Shown here one piece after another: positions 32,455 through 44,893 of a stretch of 64,000 nt of DNA; the first letter of the stretch is position 1, and the number at the start of each line of letters is the position of its first letter. Below the pieces are notes generated by a model. The model was not told the origin of the DNA, made no database searches, and was given only the letters and a program-made list of their open reading frames with translations. This DNA is from an uncultured Nitrososphaeraceae archaeon (GTDB lineage: Archaea > Thermoproteota > Nitrososphaeria > Nitrososphaerales > Nitrososphaeraceae), in the NCBI GenBank assembly GCA_963765895.1, contig CAVXZB010000023.1, positions 64,001 to 128,000 of the forward strand, written 5' to 3'. The position numbers were made by a program, and so were the translations under genes.

Positions 32455-34611
32455 TTAGACTCTTTGCTCTTGCACTATCTTGTCAGGCTTCTTATATCGT
32501 GGGCCGGCATCTTCTTTGCTACTTCTCCAAATCACATTCGAATATAGCATGCTAGGCACTAGTTTTTTGAACTCAACCCCTTCGCCAATATACCACTTGG
32601 GGAACCATTCATATAGATGTAATCTAATTGTCTGAATGTAAACAATCAATCCCTCAATTAACATAATTCCAATGTTCCCACCTATTAGTACTGCAAGCCC
32701 GCCTCCATGTAGATACGATTGGTTCACAGTCACTAAGAGGGCAGAATGTACTAGGAGCATTATCCCTAATCTGGTATAGCTGATTATATTTGATAGCATT
32801 TCAACTATCCTAACAAGTATCACTTCAATAACGATGCCCATAAACCCTCCACCCTCATCGTGACCATGTTTGGCTCGCCTCTTTCTGTTCTTTCCATCCA
32901 CCGTATATCATGATTCCAACAGTCGCAAAAATCACAGGAACTGCTGCCTTTGCTACAATATCCACCGTTACCCATCGGCCAAAAGTATATGACAACCACG
33001 GAACAGGTTCCGTATGAGTGTGGCCAGCAACTCCAAACATACCGATGATATCGTATCCAGAACCTATAGCTGCTAGGTACCGAGTGACACTATTGCGAGA
33101 AATTGAATAATGTTAGGAATATCATGAAACCACACAAAGAGCTTGTTACCGTCTTTAATATCCTTGTGAAGCCTAAGAAAGAATGCCAGGAGCAAATGCA
33201 CAATTCCTATAGCCACTGAGACTTTCAGAATCTTCACTACTTGTACAAATGTTAGCTCTGAAATATTTAAGACGCCAATGAATGGAATATGGGATGTTAT
33301 TGGTGCAAGTACGGCTATTCCGAGGATATGAAAGCCAAAAAATTCACCCGTACCCAAGCCAGCAATGGCAACAGCGGCTCCACTAGCAGCTATAAGAGTG
33401 CCCCATGTAGTAATGGATCCATTACCTCTCTGTTTCAGCAGCATACCCAGCCCGAAAAGCAGCAATCCATGACCTAAATCTGCGAACATTAATCCGAAGA
33501 AAAGAGGCCACACAAAAGCAATAATTGGCGTCGGATCTACCTCATCTGTTCTAGGAGTACCCTGAGTTTCTGTAATCACCTCAAATGTGCGTATATATTT
33601 TTTATTAGTCAGTAGTGTTGGTAACACTAGCTCCTGATTACCTTCATTCACAGTATGAACATGTGCATCCTCGACAACTGAAATGTAATTTTTCGTAAGA
33701 TTATTAAATTTACCCTTCATTTTATCGGGTATATATCCACTGTATAAAGCAAAATTTCTTGTGCCGCCTGGTTTTCTGGTTATTTCTAAGACGTCTTTTG
33801 CAATTTTTGCCGTCTCATGCAATGATAGTAGTTGACTTAAGTTAGATTTTCTTAACTTTTCAATCTTCTTCCCAATTTCAGTAGACTTGACCTCGAGTTC
33901 CTTTACTTTAGTATGAGCTTCTGAATAGGCGACTTTCGGATTTTGGGTGGCGCTGGCAGGTATTTGGACAGGGTGTATACCAAACCCTCTGAGCACCTTT
34001 ACGATTCTTTCTGAATCTTCGGATGTCCCTAGGACTACAATTGATGATTTATCATCAGACAATTTGCTAGTAAAGACTTGAAGATCACCCAAGCTCTTCT
34101 CGATTTCGACGAGGTCCTTAGAGTCTACGACGAATATCTCAGCATAAAAATATTTCAACTCTCTGAATAATGCCAAATTGAGATTCAAATTAGCTGCTAC
34201 TTTTAGGGCACTCTCGATGCTCTTGTGCTCCTCTAACTGCTTTGCTATTATGTTCCGTTCTGCCAAGATCTTTTTTGGCTCATCGAGTATCAATCTTCCT
34301 CTCTCTTCCAAATCTGCTACGACATTCTGAATATCCTTTATGACATACTCGGTTTTTCCCTTTGGCGCTCCCTTGAACATAGTGTCCATAACGCCAGTCT
34401 CTAATGGGATATTCAGTGCTCTTGTTACCTCGTCTATATCTTGAAATTCTTTTTGAGCCTTTAGTAACAAGTCATCTAAAAAAGGATTAGAATGTTCAGA
34501 GGTGTTTGGAAGGGAATGAAACCATTCTAATTCTGCTAACTTGCTCACTACCTCCTGCGTTTCCACTCTAGGCAAGATTACGGTGGCTTTCATCAGTTTG
34601 GCCAGGCCCAT
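32455..34611 (-). CDS. atpI: A-type ATP synthase subunit I (a); frameshifts at ~33078 and ~32876
   Basis: EVDPTP, FFGLMFADLGHG, LSNIISYTRL, IQTIRLHLYEWFPKWY.G.G. Confidence 0.95.
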
Positions 34612-34773
34612 TTTTACACTTGCTTGTAAACGTAGTCTCTTTAAATTCTTTGCTCTTTCATTTTGAATTTCGGGTGATAGTAATGGTTATCCCTACCAGC
34701 GATGATCGCCACGTGATGCATAACAAAAGCATTTGAATTATTATTTTTTGGCCAAAATTTCGAATCGTTTATT

Positions 34774-35139
34774 CTATTGACCTAGGATGATGAACATCAT
34801 TACAATGCCGTAAATTGCGATGGATTCCACCATACCTACGAAGATGAAAACTCTTGACTGCATTTTTGGATTATCGCTAATTGCCGCTAAACCAGCTGCA
34901 CCAACAAATCCCAAACCTATTCCAGCCCCAGCTCCTGCCAAACCGAAAGCCAGTCCCGCACCGATAAGTTTTGAAGATTGAGCTTGGGCGCCAGCTGCGC
35001 CACCAGCTACGGCTGCCTTTTGTGCGGCCGTTTGTGCGTGGGCCAGTGGAAATTCAGGTACTGCCAAAAACACAAGGGTAAGACTAATTGTAACCGCCAA
35101 AACAGGAACGAGTATACGCTCGCCCGTTTTAATATTCAT
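34774..35139 (-). CDS. atpK: A-type ATP synthase subunit K (c), single hairpin with N-terminal signal-like extension
   Basis: GAGLAFGLAGAGAGIG...GMVESIAIYG. Confidence 0.95.
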   Translation of the reverse strand: MNIKTGERILVPVLAVTISLTLVFLAVPEFPLAHAQTAAQKAAVAGGAAGAQAQSSKLIGAGLAFGLAGAGAGIGLGFVGAAGLAAISDNPKMQSRVFIFVGMVESIAIYGIVMMFIILGQ

Positions 35140-35260
35140 ACGGTTTCGAGATCAGATGCCCTATTTAATTATAACTAAATTGATCAAGAGTTTTTAAAAG
35201 GACATCGAATAGTAGTTAAAATAATCCCTAAAATTTTAGTATACTACTAACTCGTAACCT

Positions 35261-35914
35261 TTATTCGTGGTACGAACTTGATTTTTTTCTATCCAGGACG
35301 ACTTTTACCTTCTTTAGACGCACAAATTCTTCCCTTTCACGTTCTTCTAATGTGGACCGGATAAAGGAAATTGCGTGCTCGTATTGAGGGATAATTACGT
35401 ATTCCAGTGCATTGATAAGTTTCTGAGTCCGTTCTAACTCTTTAGCTAGGCTAAAGATCGCGTTCTCGTATTCGGCAGCTTTGCATATTTTCGGAAGGAT
35501 ATTTTTAATCAGCTTGGCCGCCTTGTCCACTGAAGAGTTCGTTTCAATGAACCCGTACGACAGCTCCTGACCACCTTCCCTGGTCTTTACCTGAAGAGTT
35601 GGTATTTTTACGTCAACAATCCTTCTCACGTTAACATCTACCTCCATCACGCTAGGCGTGGAATCAGCGATTGATTCCAGAGTAGTTGTGCCCAATGACA
35701 TGTACGAATCATAGACTGAAGTGTAAATTTGGCCAAGTGGTCTCCAAATATCGCTTCTCGCCTTGTTTGCTTCCTCGATCATTTCATCTATCTTTTTTAG
35801 AAGTACCTCTCGTTTATCATCCAATATTTTGTGAACCATTTTTCCTACATGCAGCGAACGTCTGATCTTTATCAGCTCGATCTTTGTGGCTATAACTCGG
35901 CCCCCGAAGGACAT
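35261..35914 (-). CDS. atpD: A-type ATP synthase subunit D
   Basis: ATKIEL, LDDKREVL, TQKLINALEYVIIP, LEEREREEFVRLK. Confidence 0.96.
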   Translation of the reverse strand: MSFGGRVIATKIELIKIRRSLHVGKMVHKILDDKREVLLKKIDEMIEEANKARSDIWRPLGQIYTSVYDSYMSLGTTTLESIADSTPSVMEVDVNVRRIVDVKIPTLQVKTREGGQELSYGFIETNSSVDKAAKLIKNILPKICKAAEYENAIFSLAKELERTQKLINALEYVIIPQYEHAISFIRSTLEEREREEFVRLKKVKVVLDRKKSSSYHE

Positions 35915-35920
35915 TGGATA

Positions 35921-37310
35921 TTATGACTTCCCCTTGTAGTATTGCCTGACATTCTTTTCTTTTATTTTGGTTAATTCACCTTCAGGCAGTGAGGAAAGGA
36001 CATCCCATGCCCTGCTCATAGTCTCTTCTAACGTCCTATTCTCATCATGATTTTGTTTTAAAAAGTGACTTTCAAATAAATCACCTGCCTCAAGATATTT
36101 GAGATCAACACCAGTCAAACCAGCTTTACCTACAATTTCTGCGAGGGCTCTTACTTCTTGTGCTCTCGAATAGGCATCGTACAACTGATTTCCAACTTCC
36201 ATATGATCCGCTCTAGTCTTACCTTCCCCTACACCATCCTTCATTAGTCTTGACAAGGACATGAGCACGTTTACTGATGGATAGATTCCTTTTCTAAATA
36301 AATCTCTACCAAGAACAATTTGTCCCTCTGTAATATAACCAGTTAAATCCGGTATCGGATGAGTAATGTCATCAGCTGGCATTGACAAGATAGGAACTTG
36401 AGTCACGCTGCCATCCTTTCCCTTTATTCTTCCTGCACGTTCGTAGTTATTAGCTAGATCTGTGTAGAGATATCCAGGATATCCCTTTCTGCCAGGTACT
36501 TCTTCCCTAGCAGCGCTAATCTCTCGTAAGGCTTCAGCATAGTTAGTCATGTCAGTCAAAATAGCTAGAACATGCATCCCCAAATCAAATGCAAGATATT
36601 CAGCCACAGTTAGGGCCACCCTAGGCGTGATGATTCTTTCGATCGCAGGATCATCCGCCAAGTTAAGAAATAGTACGCTACGACGCAAGGCCCCTGACTC
36701 TTCTAGACTCCGCTTGAAATACTGAGCCTCAGAGGTACTGCACTCCAATGGCCGCAAATACTACTGCAAAATCTTCCTTAGTTCCCACAACAGTGGCCTG
36801 GCGCGCAATCTGAGCAGCCAATATATTGTGCGGCATCCCGGAGCCAGAGAATATTGGCAGTTTTTGTCCTCTTACCAATGTGAGCATTCCATCGATTACC
36901 GACACACCGGTTTGAATGAATGACGTGGGATATTCTCTTCTTTCCGGATTCATAGGCTCCCCATTAACATCTATGAACCTATCTGCAACAGGTTCAGGCA
37001 ATGAATCATTTGGCCTACCTAGACCGTCAAAAACCCTTCCTAGCAACTCTTGGGAAACAGGCATGGTCATAGTCTTTCCGAGGAATTTTGCCTTCGTCCC
37101 CGAAATTGCAAGGCCTGTAGTACCTTCAAATACTTGAACAACGGCCTTGCCAAATCCAACTTCCAGGACTCTACCCAATCGTCGCTCTCCGTCGGCTGAT
37201 TCGATTTCGACAAGCTCATCAAATGAGGCTTTTGTAATGTCATCAATTACCATAAGTGGGCCTTTAATCTCTGCAACTTTGGTATACTCTATTCCTACAG
37301 TTTCAGACAA
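35921..37310 (-). CDS. atpB: A-type ATP synthase subunit B; frameshift at ~36734
   Basis: [61 protein letters not shown]. Confidence 0.97.
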
Positions 37311-39087
37311 CTACCTTCGCCTCCTCTCGTGAAATACCGTGAAACTCCTCAGACAGTCTATTATCCAGATTATCGAGCTTTGAGACCTGATCGTCAGGTA
37401 TTTCAAATTTAGCCTTTAAGAGAGTAGTGATGATTGGTAAAGCCCGTATATCAGTCAAAGGAATACCTTCTCTAAGAGCCTTTTGAGATTCCTTGTAGAA
37501 TTTAATCATTAATCTTACTAATTTCAATTGCTTTTCAGGGCTGCAATAGGTGTCAACATTATCAAAGGAGTTTTGTTGTAGTATTCCAATTTTGATCATC
37601 CTTGCGAGTTCCAGGATTAATTTTTCTTCGTCCGGAAGGGCTTCTGGTCCCAATAGTCGAACTATCTCTTTTAATGTGTCCTCCCTTTGCAAAATTTCAT
37701 AAGATTGGGCCCTAAGTTCATACCAGTCTGCGCTAACATTTTGCTTCCACCACTTCGATACATCTTCTAAATATCCCGAGTAGGACTGCATCCAATTGAT
37801 AGATGGATAGTGTCTAGAGTAAGCTAGCCTTGTGTCCAACGCCCAAAACGTCTTGATGAATCTAATGGTGTGGGTTGTTACCGGTTCAGTAAAATCTGCT
37901 CCAGAAGGTGACACTGCGCCTACTATCGTGACTGATCCTGCTCTCTCAGGAGAGCCTAAGGCCCTTACACGACCGGCTCTTTCATAGAACTCTGCAAGTC
38001 TTGAGGCCAGATATGATGGATATCCTTCTTCGGCTGGCATTTCCTCAAGTCGGCCGGACATCTCCCTTAATGCTTCTGCCCATCTACTTGTAGAGTCAGC
38101 AACAAGGACAACATCAAATCCCATATCACGATAGTACTCTGCAATAGTTACACCGGTATAGATAGATGCTTCCCTAGCGGCAACAGGCATGTTACTCGTA
38201 TTCGCAACAAGCACGGTTCTCTCCATTAGTGGTCTGCCTGACCGTGGATCAATTAAATGAGGAAATTCTACAAGTACTTCAGTCATCTCGTTACCTCTTT
38301 CTCCGCAGCCAATGTAAACTACAACTTTTGAATCGGCCCATTTGGCAATTTGATGTAATGTAACGGTCTTGCCTGTTCCAAATCCTCCTGGGATAGCTCC
38401 TGTCCCTCCCTTCGCAATGGGAAAGTAGGTATCAATTATACGTTGTCCGGTGATAAGTGGTACCGACGGGTCATATCTCTCAGCGTAAGGTCTGGGCTTT
38501 CTGACAGGCCATCTGTGGTACATGCTCAACTCTGTCTTGTACCCACTTCGTTCAGTATTCGCTATAACTTGATTTACATCATAGTCTCCCTCACTTGCCA
38601 TATCACGTATCGTTCCTCCACGATGGTTTGGAGGAACTAAGATACTATGAGTCAGTAACGGCGTTTCCTGCACGGTCCCGAGAATAGAACCTGGTTGTAC
38701 CGTCTCCCCTTTCTTTGCCTGCGGAACGAATTTGTATTTTTTCTTCATATCGACTGGGGTGGTCGCAATCCCTCTTCCGATAAAATCTCCCGTCTTTTGG
38801 GCCATTTCGACAAGTGGCCGTTGGATCCCGTCATAAATTCTACCAATAACTCCTGGTCCCAAAAGCACGGATAGCGGTTGACCAGTACCTACCACTGGTT
38901 CGCCAGGCTTTAATCCAGACGTAGATTCATAAACTTGCACAAATCCAACGTCTCCTGTTAATCTAATTACTTCCCCAATTAGTTTTGACTCTCCTACTTC
39001 GACGGTCTCATACATCTTAGTCGTAGACATACCATCTGCCTTAACGGCTGGACCACTGACCCAAACAATACTGCCTCTGGCAACCAT
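37303..39087 (-). CDS. atpA: A-type ATP synthase subunit A
   Basis: [40 protein letters not shown]. Confidence 0.98.
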   Translation of the reverse strand: MVARGSIVWVSGPAVKADGMSTTKMYETVEVGESKLIGEVIRLTGDVGFVQVYESTSGLKPGEPVVGTGQPLSVLLGPGVIGRIYDGIQRPLVEMAQKTGDFIGRGIATTPVDMKKKYKFVPQAKKGETVQPGSILGTVQETPLLTHSILVPPNHRGGTIRDMASEGDYDVNQVIANTERSGYKTELSMYHRWPVRKPRPYAERYDPSVPLITGQRIIDTYFPIAKGGTGAIPGGFGTGKTVTLHQIAKWADSKVVVYIGCGERGNEMTEVLVEFPHLIDPRSGRPLMERTVLVANTSNMPVAAREASIYTGVTIAEYYRDMGFDVVLVADSTSRWAEALREMSGRLEEMPAEEGYPSYLASRLAEFYERAGRVRALGSPERAGSVTIVGAVSPSGADFTEPVTTHTIRFIKTFWALDTRLAYSRHYPSINWMQSYSGYLEDVSKWWKQNVSADWYELRAQSYEILQREDTLKEIVRLLGPEALPDEEKLILELARMIKIGILQQNSFDNVDTYCSPEKQLKLVRLMIKFYKESQKALREGIPLTDIRALPIITTLLKAKFEIPDDQVSKLDNLDNRLSEEFHGISREEAKVVV

Positions 39088-39091
39088 AATC

Positions 39092-39706
39092 TTAACCCTC
39101 TCCTCTTAGCATCTGGACAATACTTTTCCTTATTAAAGGTTTGAGTCTTTCAATTCTAGAATCCAATGTTCCGTCGTAGGTCAGCGAAAGATCAGCTGAT
39201 CTGACACGTACCCCACCAATAACATCTACCGGTTTTTCACTTAATGTCAATTTGATTTTTTTCTGTCTATCGGAGAAGGCAGTCAATTTTTTGACCAATT
39301 CCATATCAGTCTTGCTGCATTCAACGATCATGTCATCTTTCCCTATAGCCGACAAACCTTCATCGAGTAGCCTATTCATTAATTGCTTGTAATTTTCATC
39401 TTTTCCTACAGAACGCAATGCTACTTTTGCCTTTTCGAACACTTCGTTAACCGCTGCCTCGACTAATAATAATTGCTTGTTTCTCGCATTCAATCTAGTC
39501 GAACCAATTATCTGTCTTTTCAAATTATCCGCTTGCTTCTTGGCTGCATCAATAATCCTCTCGTAATCGGATTCTATCGATGTCCTAGATGATTCTAGAT
39601 TATTCATTGATTCATGGTAAGCCGAGTCAATCTGTGTAATCAAATCTGACTCCTTCTGGGATAAAACCTTATTTACAGTCCGTTCAAGAGTTGAATTTGA
39701 ACTCAT
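39092..39706 (-). CDS. atpE: A-type ATP synthase subunit E
   Basis: Coiled-coil N-terminus, IGGVRV...YDGTLDSR; operon position. Confidence 0.92.
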   Translation of the reverse strand: MSSNSTLERTVNKVLSQKESDLITQIDSAYHESMNNLESSRTSIESDYERIIDAAKKQADNLKRQIIGSTRLNARNKQLLLVEAAVNEVFEKAKVALRSVGKDENYKQLMNRLLDEGLSAIGKDDMIVECSKTDMELVKKLTAFSDRQKKIKLTLSEKPVDVIGGVRVRSADLSLTYDGTLDSRIERLKPLIRKSIVQMLRGEG

Positions 39707-39897
39707 ATTAACTGTTTTTCGCAAAAATACGTGATTTTAATCTTTTGATATGAATATCAGCTTAATAATTACTAAAAGCATCGCCTCGCTTTAGTATTTT
39801 AGATTACTAAAGATCATTAATTAATTATCTAATGTTATCAAAAATAGTAGATTTTGCCTTTTCGATTACCTTATGATAAACCACATTCGGTCTTGCG

Positions 39898-40423
39898 CTA
39901 CACTTCGCTATTTAGTCTTGCCCCAATCAGCTTTGCCATCTTTTTTAGATGCTGAAAATGACTACCTTTCCAAAAGCACTTATTACAACAGTGTGCATTG
40001 GAAAATCTCTTTGTATTGCCTTCTTATCCGAGGTGGTATTGAATTGCTTTCTATTTCTCTAGTCCTCTTGGGTTCCAAAAATCCATTGCATGAAACGCAA
40101 CGAGAGCAGTTAGTATCCAAATCTACTGCTTTAATACCGTATTTTACAAATATGTAGATGATGTTATCTAAATCAGTGCTCCCGTCTAGTAGGGCTCCGT
40201 ATCCTCCGACTTTAAGAATTCTTTTGAATAGTTCCTTATCACAAGTAAGTATGACTCTATCGTGTTTGGTGGCTATGTCCAAAATCTCATCATCACTAAT
40301 ATCGCGAATATACAATGTATCAAAGCCGAGTACACGCAATTTGCGGGCCATACTGCCGAGCATAGCATCGGCAAAAAAGGTTAGCTTAATTTTAGCTGGG
40401 TGTTTCAGCTCTACATTCTTCAC
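39898..40423 (-). CDS. Mut7-C RNase (PIN-like, DUF82) domain protein; frameshift at ~39990, start uncertain
   Basis: FFADAMLGSMARKLRVLGFDT, RVILTCDKEL, SRCVSCNG. The alternate frame supplies C..CNKCFWKGSH. Confidence 0.88.
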
Positions 40424-40979
40424 ATGTAAAAGTTCCTTCCTGATACTGTAATAGATCAGACCATTCACCGCATTCATCACAGTATCCTGATATATCATTT
40501 GCCGAACGACCAATTTCGCCTCTAATAATGGCGGCTTTCTCGGAAATTACGTCTACCAAATCTGGTGTAACAGCAATAACATCAGATGCGGAAATGATTC
40601 CAACTAATCTACCCTTGTAAACTACGCCCAATCTCTTAATTCTATTTTGACGAAGCACTCTAGCGGCCTCAGTAACTCCATCCTCTCCTTCAATAGTGTA
40701 CAATTTCTGCATCACATCTTTGGCTTTAATCGAACTTGGTCTCACGTCCTTAATCACTGCGTTTGAAACTATGTCCCAATCCGTGACAATGCCATCTGGA
40801 TCACCATTTCTATCAGTGACCACAATGCTACCAACCCGCTCATTTTTCATTTTTATGGCAAGATCATTAATTGTTGTCTCAGCAGAGGCTGAAACTACAG
40901 GACTATTCATAATATCTCGGACAAGCACACGCGTTATCATATTTGCATCTCTATGTCGCTCAGTGGGTTTCTTTACCAC
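40392..40979 (-). CDS. CBS-pair protein with C-terminal zinc ribbon
   Basis: VRDIMNSPV, GIVTDWDI, VGIISASD; CDEC...CEEC. Confidence 0.92.
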   Translation of the reverse strand: MVKKPTERHRDANMITRVLVRDIMNSPVVSASAETTINDLAIKMKNERVGSIVVTDRNGDPDGIVTDWDIVSNAVIKDVRPSSIKAKDVMQKLYTIEGEDGVTEAARVLRQNRIKRLGVVYKGRLVGIISASDVIAVTPDLVDVISEKAAIIRGEIGRSANDISGYCDECGEWSDLLQYQEGTFTCEECRAETPS

Positions 40980-41002
40980 GATAGTGAATTATGATTATCG
41001 CT

Positions 41003-43071
41003 TTAATTACTTTCCTGATCTAGTCCAATCTCTTGCTTAACAATTGATAAATCAGGCACAGCCCGTAGCTTAGCCTCTCCTTTAATTGTTTGAGAAATTT
41101 TCGACTTGCCAGCTGGGAGCATCGTGATTATCTCGTCATAAGAAATCGCCTTTACGTATGAGGAAAGCTCTTCTGCCTCGTTTTGATTAGTATATTTGGT
41201 CTCATTGCTGGCGCGGTAAAGCTCATTCTTTAGTTTCTTTGTAATCTCCATTGGGTCATATCCTCCGGGAAGCAGAATACAGTAGAGGACCGATTTTTCC
41301 CTTATGGCATTTACAGGTCCACATACAAATGAATATTGATTATTTACAACCATAACGCCGGCTGCAAGCCGGATTTCATTGCCTTTCATGTAATTCCTCT
41401 TTCCTTCAATTACAAATGAGCCTTTTGGTAGGTACTGCCCTGAAGGAGCTCCTTTTCTTATTTGCCCTGGCAGGACCCAATAGGAATCTGCAGTAGACAA
41501 TCCATCTTTCCATGCTCTGCTGTAAGAAACTGTGGCTTGAGCAACCTCTAGTAGACTAGTTTGCGAAACGGAAATCCTGCCATTCTTGATAATAAAAAAT
41601 GGTGAACCGTGAACTTCAGCGTGGAAAACAAGATCTTGTTCGGTAAGGTACTTGCGTATAATAGCGGAGTTGGAAGAGGCATCTCTACCACCTATAGCAA
41701 GGAACCCATCACTTGTAATGAACCAACGGTATCGCTCATACCATTCCTTTTCTCTCTGCTGTTTAACAAAAGTGTGCTTTTTGTGTATGGAATCAGCCTG
41801 ATTGCTCAATTTGTGAATGTTGAGCTGAAGTTTGTCCTTAGCCTCTTCTATCGAAGACCCTCCACGTTCCATTTCCTTTGCTCTAGCAAAAAGGGATGAA
41901 GCCGTTTTTGCTACGTTAGGCTCAAGTAGCACAAGTTCATCAGCCACTTTCACATACTTTTTTCCCTTTGAACTAACGATTGAAGCAGACATAGAAGCCA
42001 GCAATGTTCCTAGAGATTCTGAGTGGTTGGTCTCAATCGGCTGGTGGTACGAATAAGTCATCAATGCGAGCAGCCAATGTTCTAATTTCTGTAGCTTTCA
42101 AAATGACTAGGTCTTTGGCCTTCTCCTGTTCAGCTATGTCATGTTTTAAGGCGAGCAATCTGCTTATCAATATCGCCTGTTTGAGTATTTTTCCCTGTAC
42201 TGATAATGTTGTTACTAAGTACTATATCAAGTGCTTCCATGTACCAAGGAACCTTCTTTACAGATAGTCCTTCAGCACAGACACTGTCGATATCATTCGG
42301 GCATATGGGCAGAGCTTCCAAATATCTTCCCGCCTTATCTGAAATTATGACAGGCGTATGATTTGTACCCGTACTTACACTCATAACCAGCTCGTTCAAA
42401 CTTGTATATATATTCGACAAATCTGCGTCAGATATATCAGCTGAGCTTTTTCCCCTCCACATTGGCCGAATGAACGATTTCCTCCACAAATTTTTTGGGT
42501 AGAGACATAGTTCTTCCTATCCATCTCGATACTTCCAAGTCTTGGGCAGCCTCGTTTCTGAGAGATTTGAATAACTCTGGATTAATATTAAATACATCTG
42601 TCCCTCGCGATGGGGGGGAGAATACCGCAAACCAATCTTTAGTATCCTGTGTCGTACTTCTACACGATTCAAAATCGAGATTATTTGAAAGTCTTTATCG
42701 CAAAGAATTAAATTTCCATCCCTAAAAAATTCCAAGACTAGAATATCCTGTTTACCCTCTAAACTACTAAATTTGATAATAACAATTCGTTCATTATCAA
42801 TATGTTCGACTGACTCTACCTTGGATCTTTCAAGTTCTCTCCTAAATGTGTCTAGTAATGTACTTTCCTCTAGGGACTTGAATTTGAGCTTTGTAAGCCA
42901 TATTCCCTGTGTCGAAATCATTAGAATGATTTCTTTCTCTGTTGAATGGTGTAATCTAAAGAGAAATGAGTTTTTTGTAACTGTGTTGATAGAACTTACA
43001 TAATATCCGGATTTTAAAGTCATATTTATCTGGTTGACTATATATCGAAGCTCAAGTCCCGATAATTCCAT
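41003..43071 (-). CDS. rqc2: Ribosome quality-control protein Rqc2/NEMF (NFACT family); several frameshifts (~42615, ~42448, ~42153, ~42068)
   Basis: ERIVII, LEFFRDGNLIL, WYERYRWFITSDGFLAIGGRDASSN, FHAEVHGSP, PSGQYLPKGSFVIEGKRN. Confidence 0.92.
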
Positions 43072-43200
43072 CTTACATATATCACAAATCTATCACAAAT
43101 ATTAATTAAAATGACATATACACATAATGTCCTGTGCATTTAGTCATGATGGGACCGCAAGGAATTAAACCGAGTGAAATTAACCAGACATGTAATCTAA

Positions 43201-43497
43201 TTGGATCCGCTTGATCGAGTATTTTATATGAGGGCAATCGTGGGGTTAATAGCAGGCATAATCACCGGATTCATAATCGTTCCCGGCACAAGCCAGGGTA
43301 ATGCAATAGGAATAGCGGTTATGATAGCAATTTTTTTCTACATCATAACTTATATGATTAGTAAACGATTAGCAGTGGGTGTACCTAGAAGCGAAAGACG
43401 AAAGCTTGCTACAAACGGGATCTTTCCATTCATCTTTCTGTTACTAATGTTCATGATATTTGTATACACTGGACTTCATCAGGGGCTTGCACGTTAG
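43201..43497 (+). CDS. Small three-TM membrane protein (EMC6-like)
   Basis: Three hydrophobic helices and layout similar to archaeal EMC6/Rab5ip homologues; family call tentative. Confidence 0.55.
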   Translation: MDPLDRVFYMRAIVGLIAGIITGFIIVPGTSQGNAIGIAVMIAIFFYIITYMISKRLAVGVPRSERRKLATNGIFPFIFLLLMFMIFVYTGLHQGLAR

Positions 43498-43526
43498 AAT
43501 ATATGCATATGACATGAGAATATGCT

Positions 43527-44114
43527 ATGTCATGGGAATTCTCGACTCCAGGTATTCCTGATGAGCTATTTGAAAGGGATGAATTGGTCCCTATAACAAA
43601 AGAGGACATAAGATCACTTGTCATCAGCAAACTTCGTCTAAAACATGGATTTACTGCGATTGATATTGGCTGTGGTAGTGGAAGCATAACCGTCGAGCTC
43701 TGCATTCAGACAAAGGGGGATAATATATACAGTATCGATTTTGACCAAAGAGCCGTAGAATTGACCAAGAGAAATCTTGAGAAATTTGGGCTAAATTCTA
43801 ACGTGGTCCTGTCCAAGGCTGAAAGTATACTGCGTTCCCTCCCTAAAGTAGATGCGGTAGTTGTAGGTGGGACATGGGGGAACACCGAACAAATCATTGA
43901 AATGGCAATAGAAAGACTAAAAATCGGTGGAAGAATAGTTGTCGACACTATCTTACTTGAAACAATGTATAAAGCGTTAAATGCATTTGAGAGGTCAGAC
44001 TTACAGGAAGTTGATGTAACTCAAGTTATAATTGCCAAAGCAAAAAAGGTAAGTAAAGGGACAATGATGATTGCAAGAAATCCTGTTCTAATTCTTTCAG
44101 CTACTCGAAGCTGA
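43527..44114 (+). CDS. cbiT: Cobalt-precorrin-6B C15-methyltransferase (decarboxylating)
   Basis: PGIPDELF, PITKEDIR, DIGCGSGSI, MIARNPV. Confidence 0.95.
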   Translation: MSWEFSTPGIPDELFERDELVPITKEDIRSLVISKLRLKHGFTAIDIGCGSGSITVELCIQTKGDNIYSIDFDQRAVELTKRNLEKFGLNSNVVLSKAESILRSLPKVDAVVVGGTWGNTEQIIEMAIERLKIGGRIVVDTILLETMYKALNAFERSDLQEVDVTQVIIAKAKKVSKGTMMIARNPVLILSATRS

Positions 44115-44170
44115 CTAAGAAGCAAAAAATGTTTTTGGTTTAAATAACTCAGCTTTTAAAGTTCAATCAA

Positions 44171-44893
44171 ATGAAACTATTCTGCGTCGGATGTGGACCG
44201 GGTGATCCAGATTTGCTTACTCTTAGAGCTATTGAGTTAATAAAAAATGCAGATGTAATTTTTACACCCACAGCAAGGGAGGGAAAGCCCAGTATAGCGT
44301 TAAGTGTAGTAAAAAAATATATAATGAAATCTACTGAGATTGTTACTCTAACTTTCCCAATGCTAAAAGATTTTGGCTTGCTAAGGGATCATTGGAAGAA
44401 CAATACTGAAAAAATAGTAAATGCTGTTATATCCGGCAAAAGAGTGGCGTATTTGACAATTGGAGACCCTGCACTTTATAGCACGTGGATCTATATTCAA
44501 AGAGAATTAGAGAAAACGTATCCAGAAATAGAAATAAACATCGTCCCTGGTATCACTTCTTTTTTTGCTTTTGGAGCAAAGGCAAAGTTAAGCCTTGCTG
44601 AAGGAGATCAGACAGTTGGAATCATTCCGGCGTGCTATGATCTGAGTAAAGTCAAAAAAGCTGCTGAATCCTGTGATACTCTAATATTCCTTAAGGATGG
44701 TCGCTACTTCGATAGCGTGATTGAGATGTTATCTGATGCTGGTTTTAAAGAAGATTCCATTATTGCCATAGCACAGGATTTATCATCGGAAGGAGAAGTG
44801 ATGTTATTGAATAAGCTCGAAGACCTGCGAAAATCTAAAGGTACCACCCAGAAATATTTTTCGGTGATGGTGGCGAAGAAAAGAAATGATTGA
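44171..44893 (+). CDS. cbiL: Precorrin-2 C20-methyltransferase
   Basis: GCGPGDPDLLTLRA, LTFPM, TIGDPALYST, VPGITS. Confidence 0.93.
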   Translation: MKLFCVGCGPGDPDLLTLRAIELIKNADVIFTPTAREGKPSIALSVVKKYIMKSTEIVTLTFPMLKDFGLLRDHWKNNTEKIVNAVISGKRVAYLTIGDPALYSTWIYIQRELEKTYPEIEINIVPGITSFFAFGAKAKLSLAEGDQTVGIIPACYDLSKVKKAAESCDTLIFLKDGRYFDSVIEMLSDAGFKEDSIIAIAQDLSSEGEVMLLNKLEDLRKSKGTTQKYFSVMVAKKRND

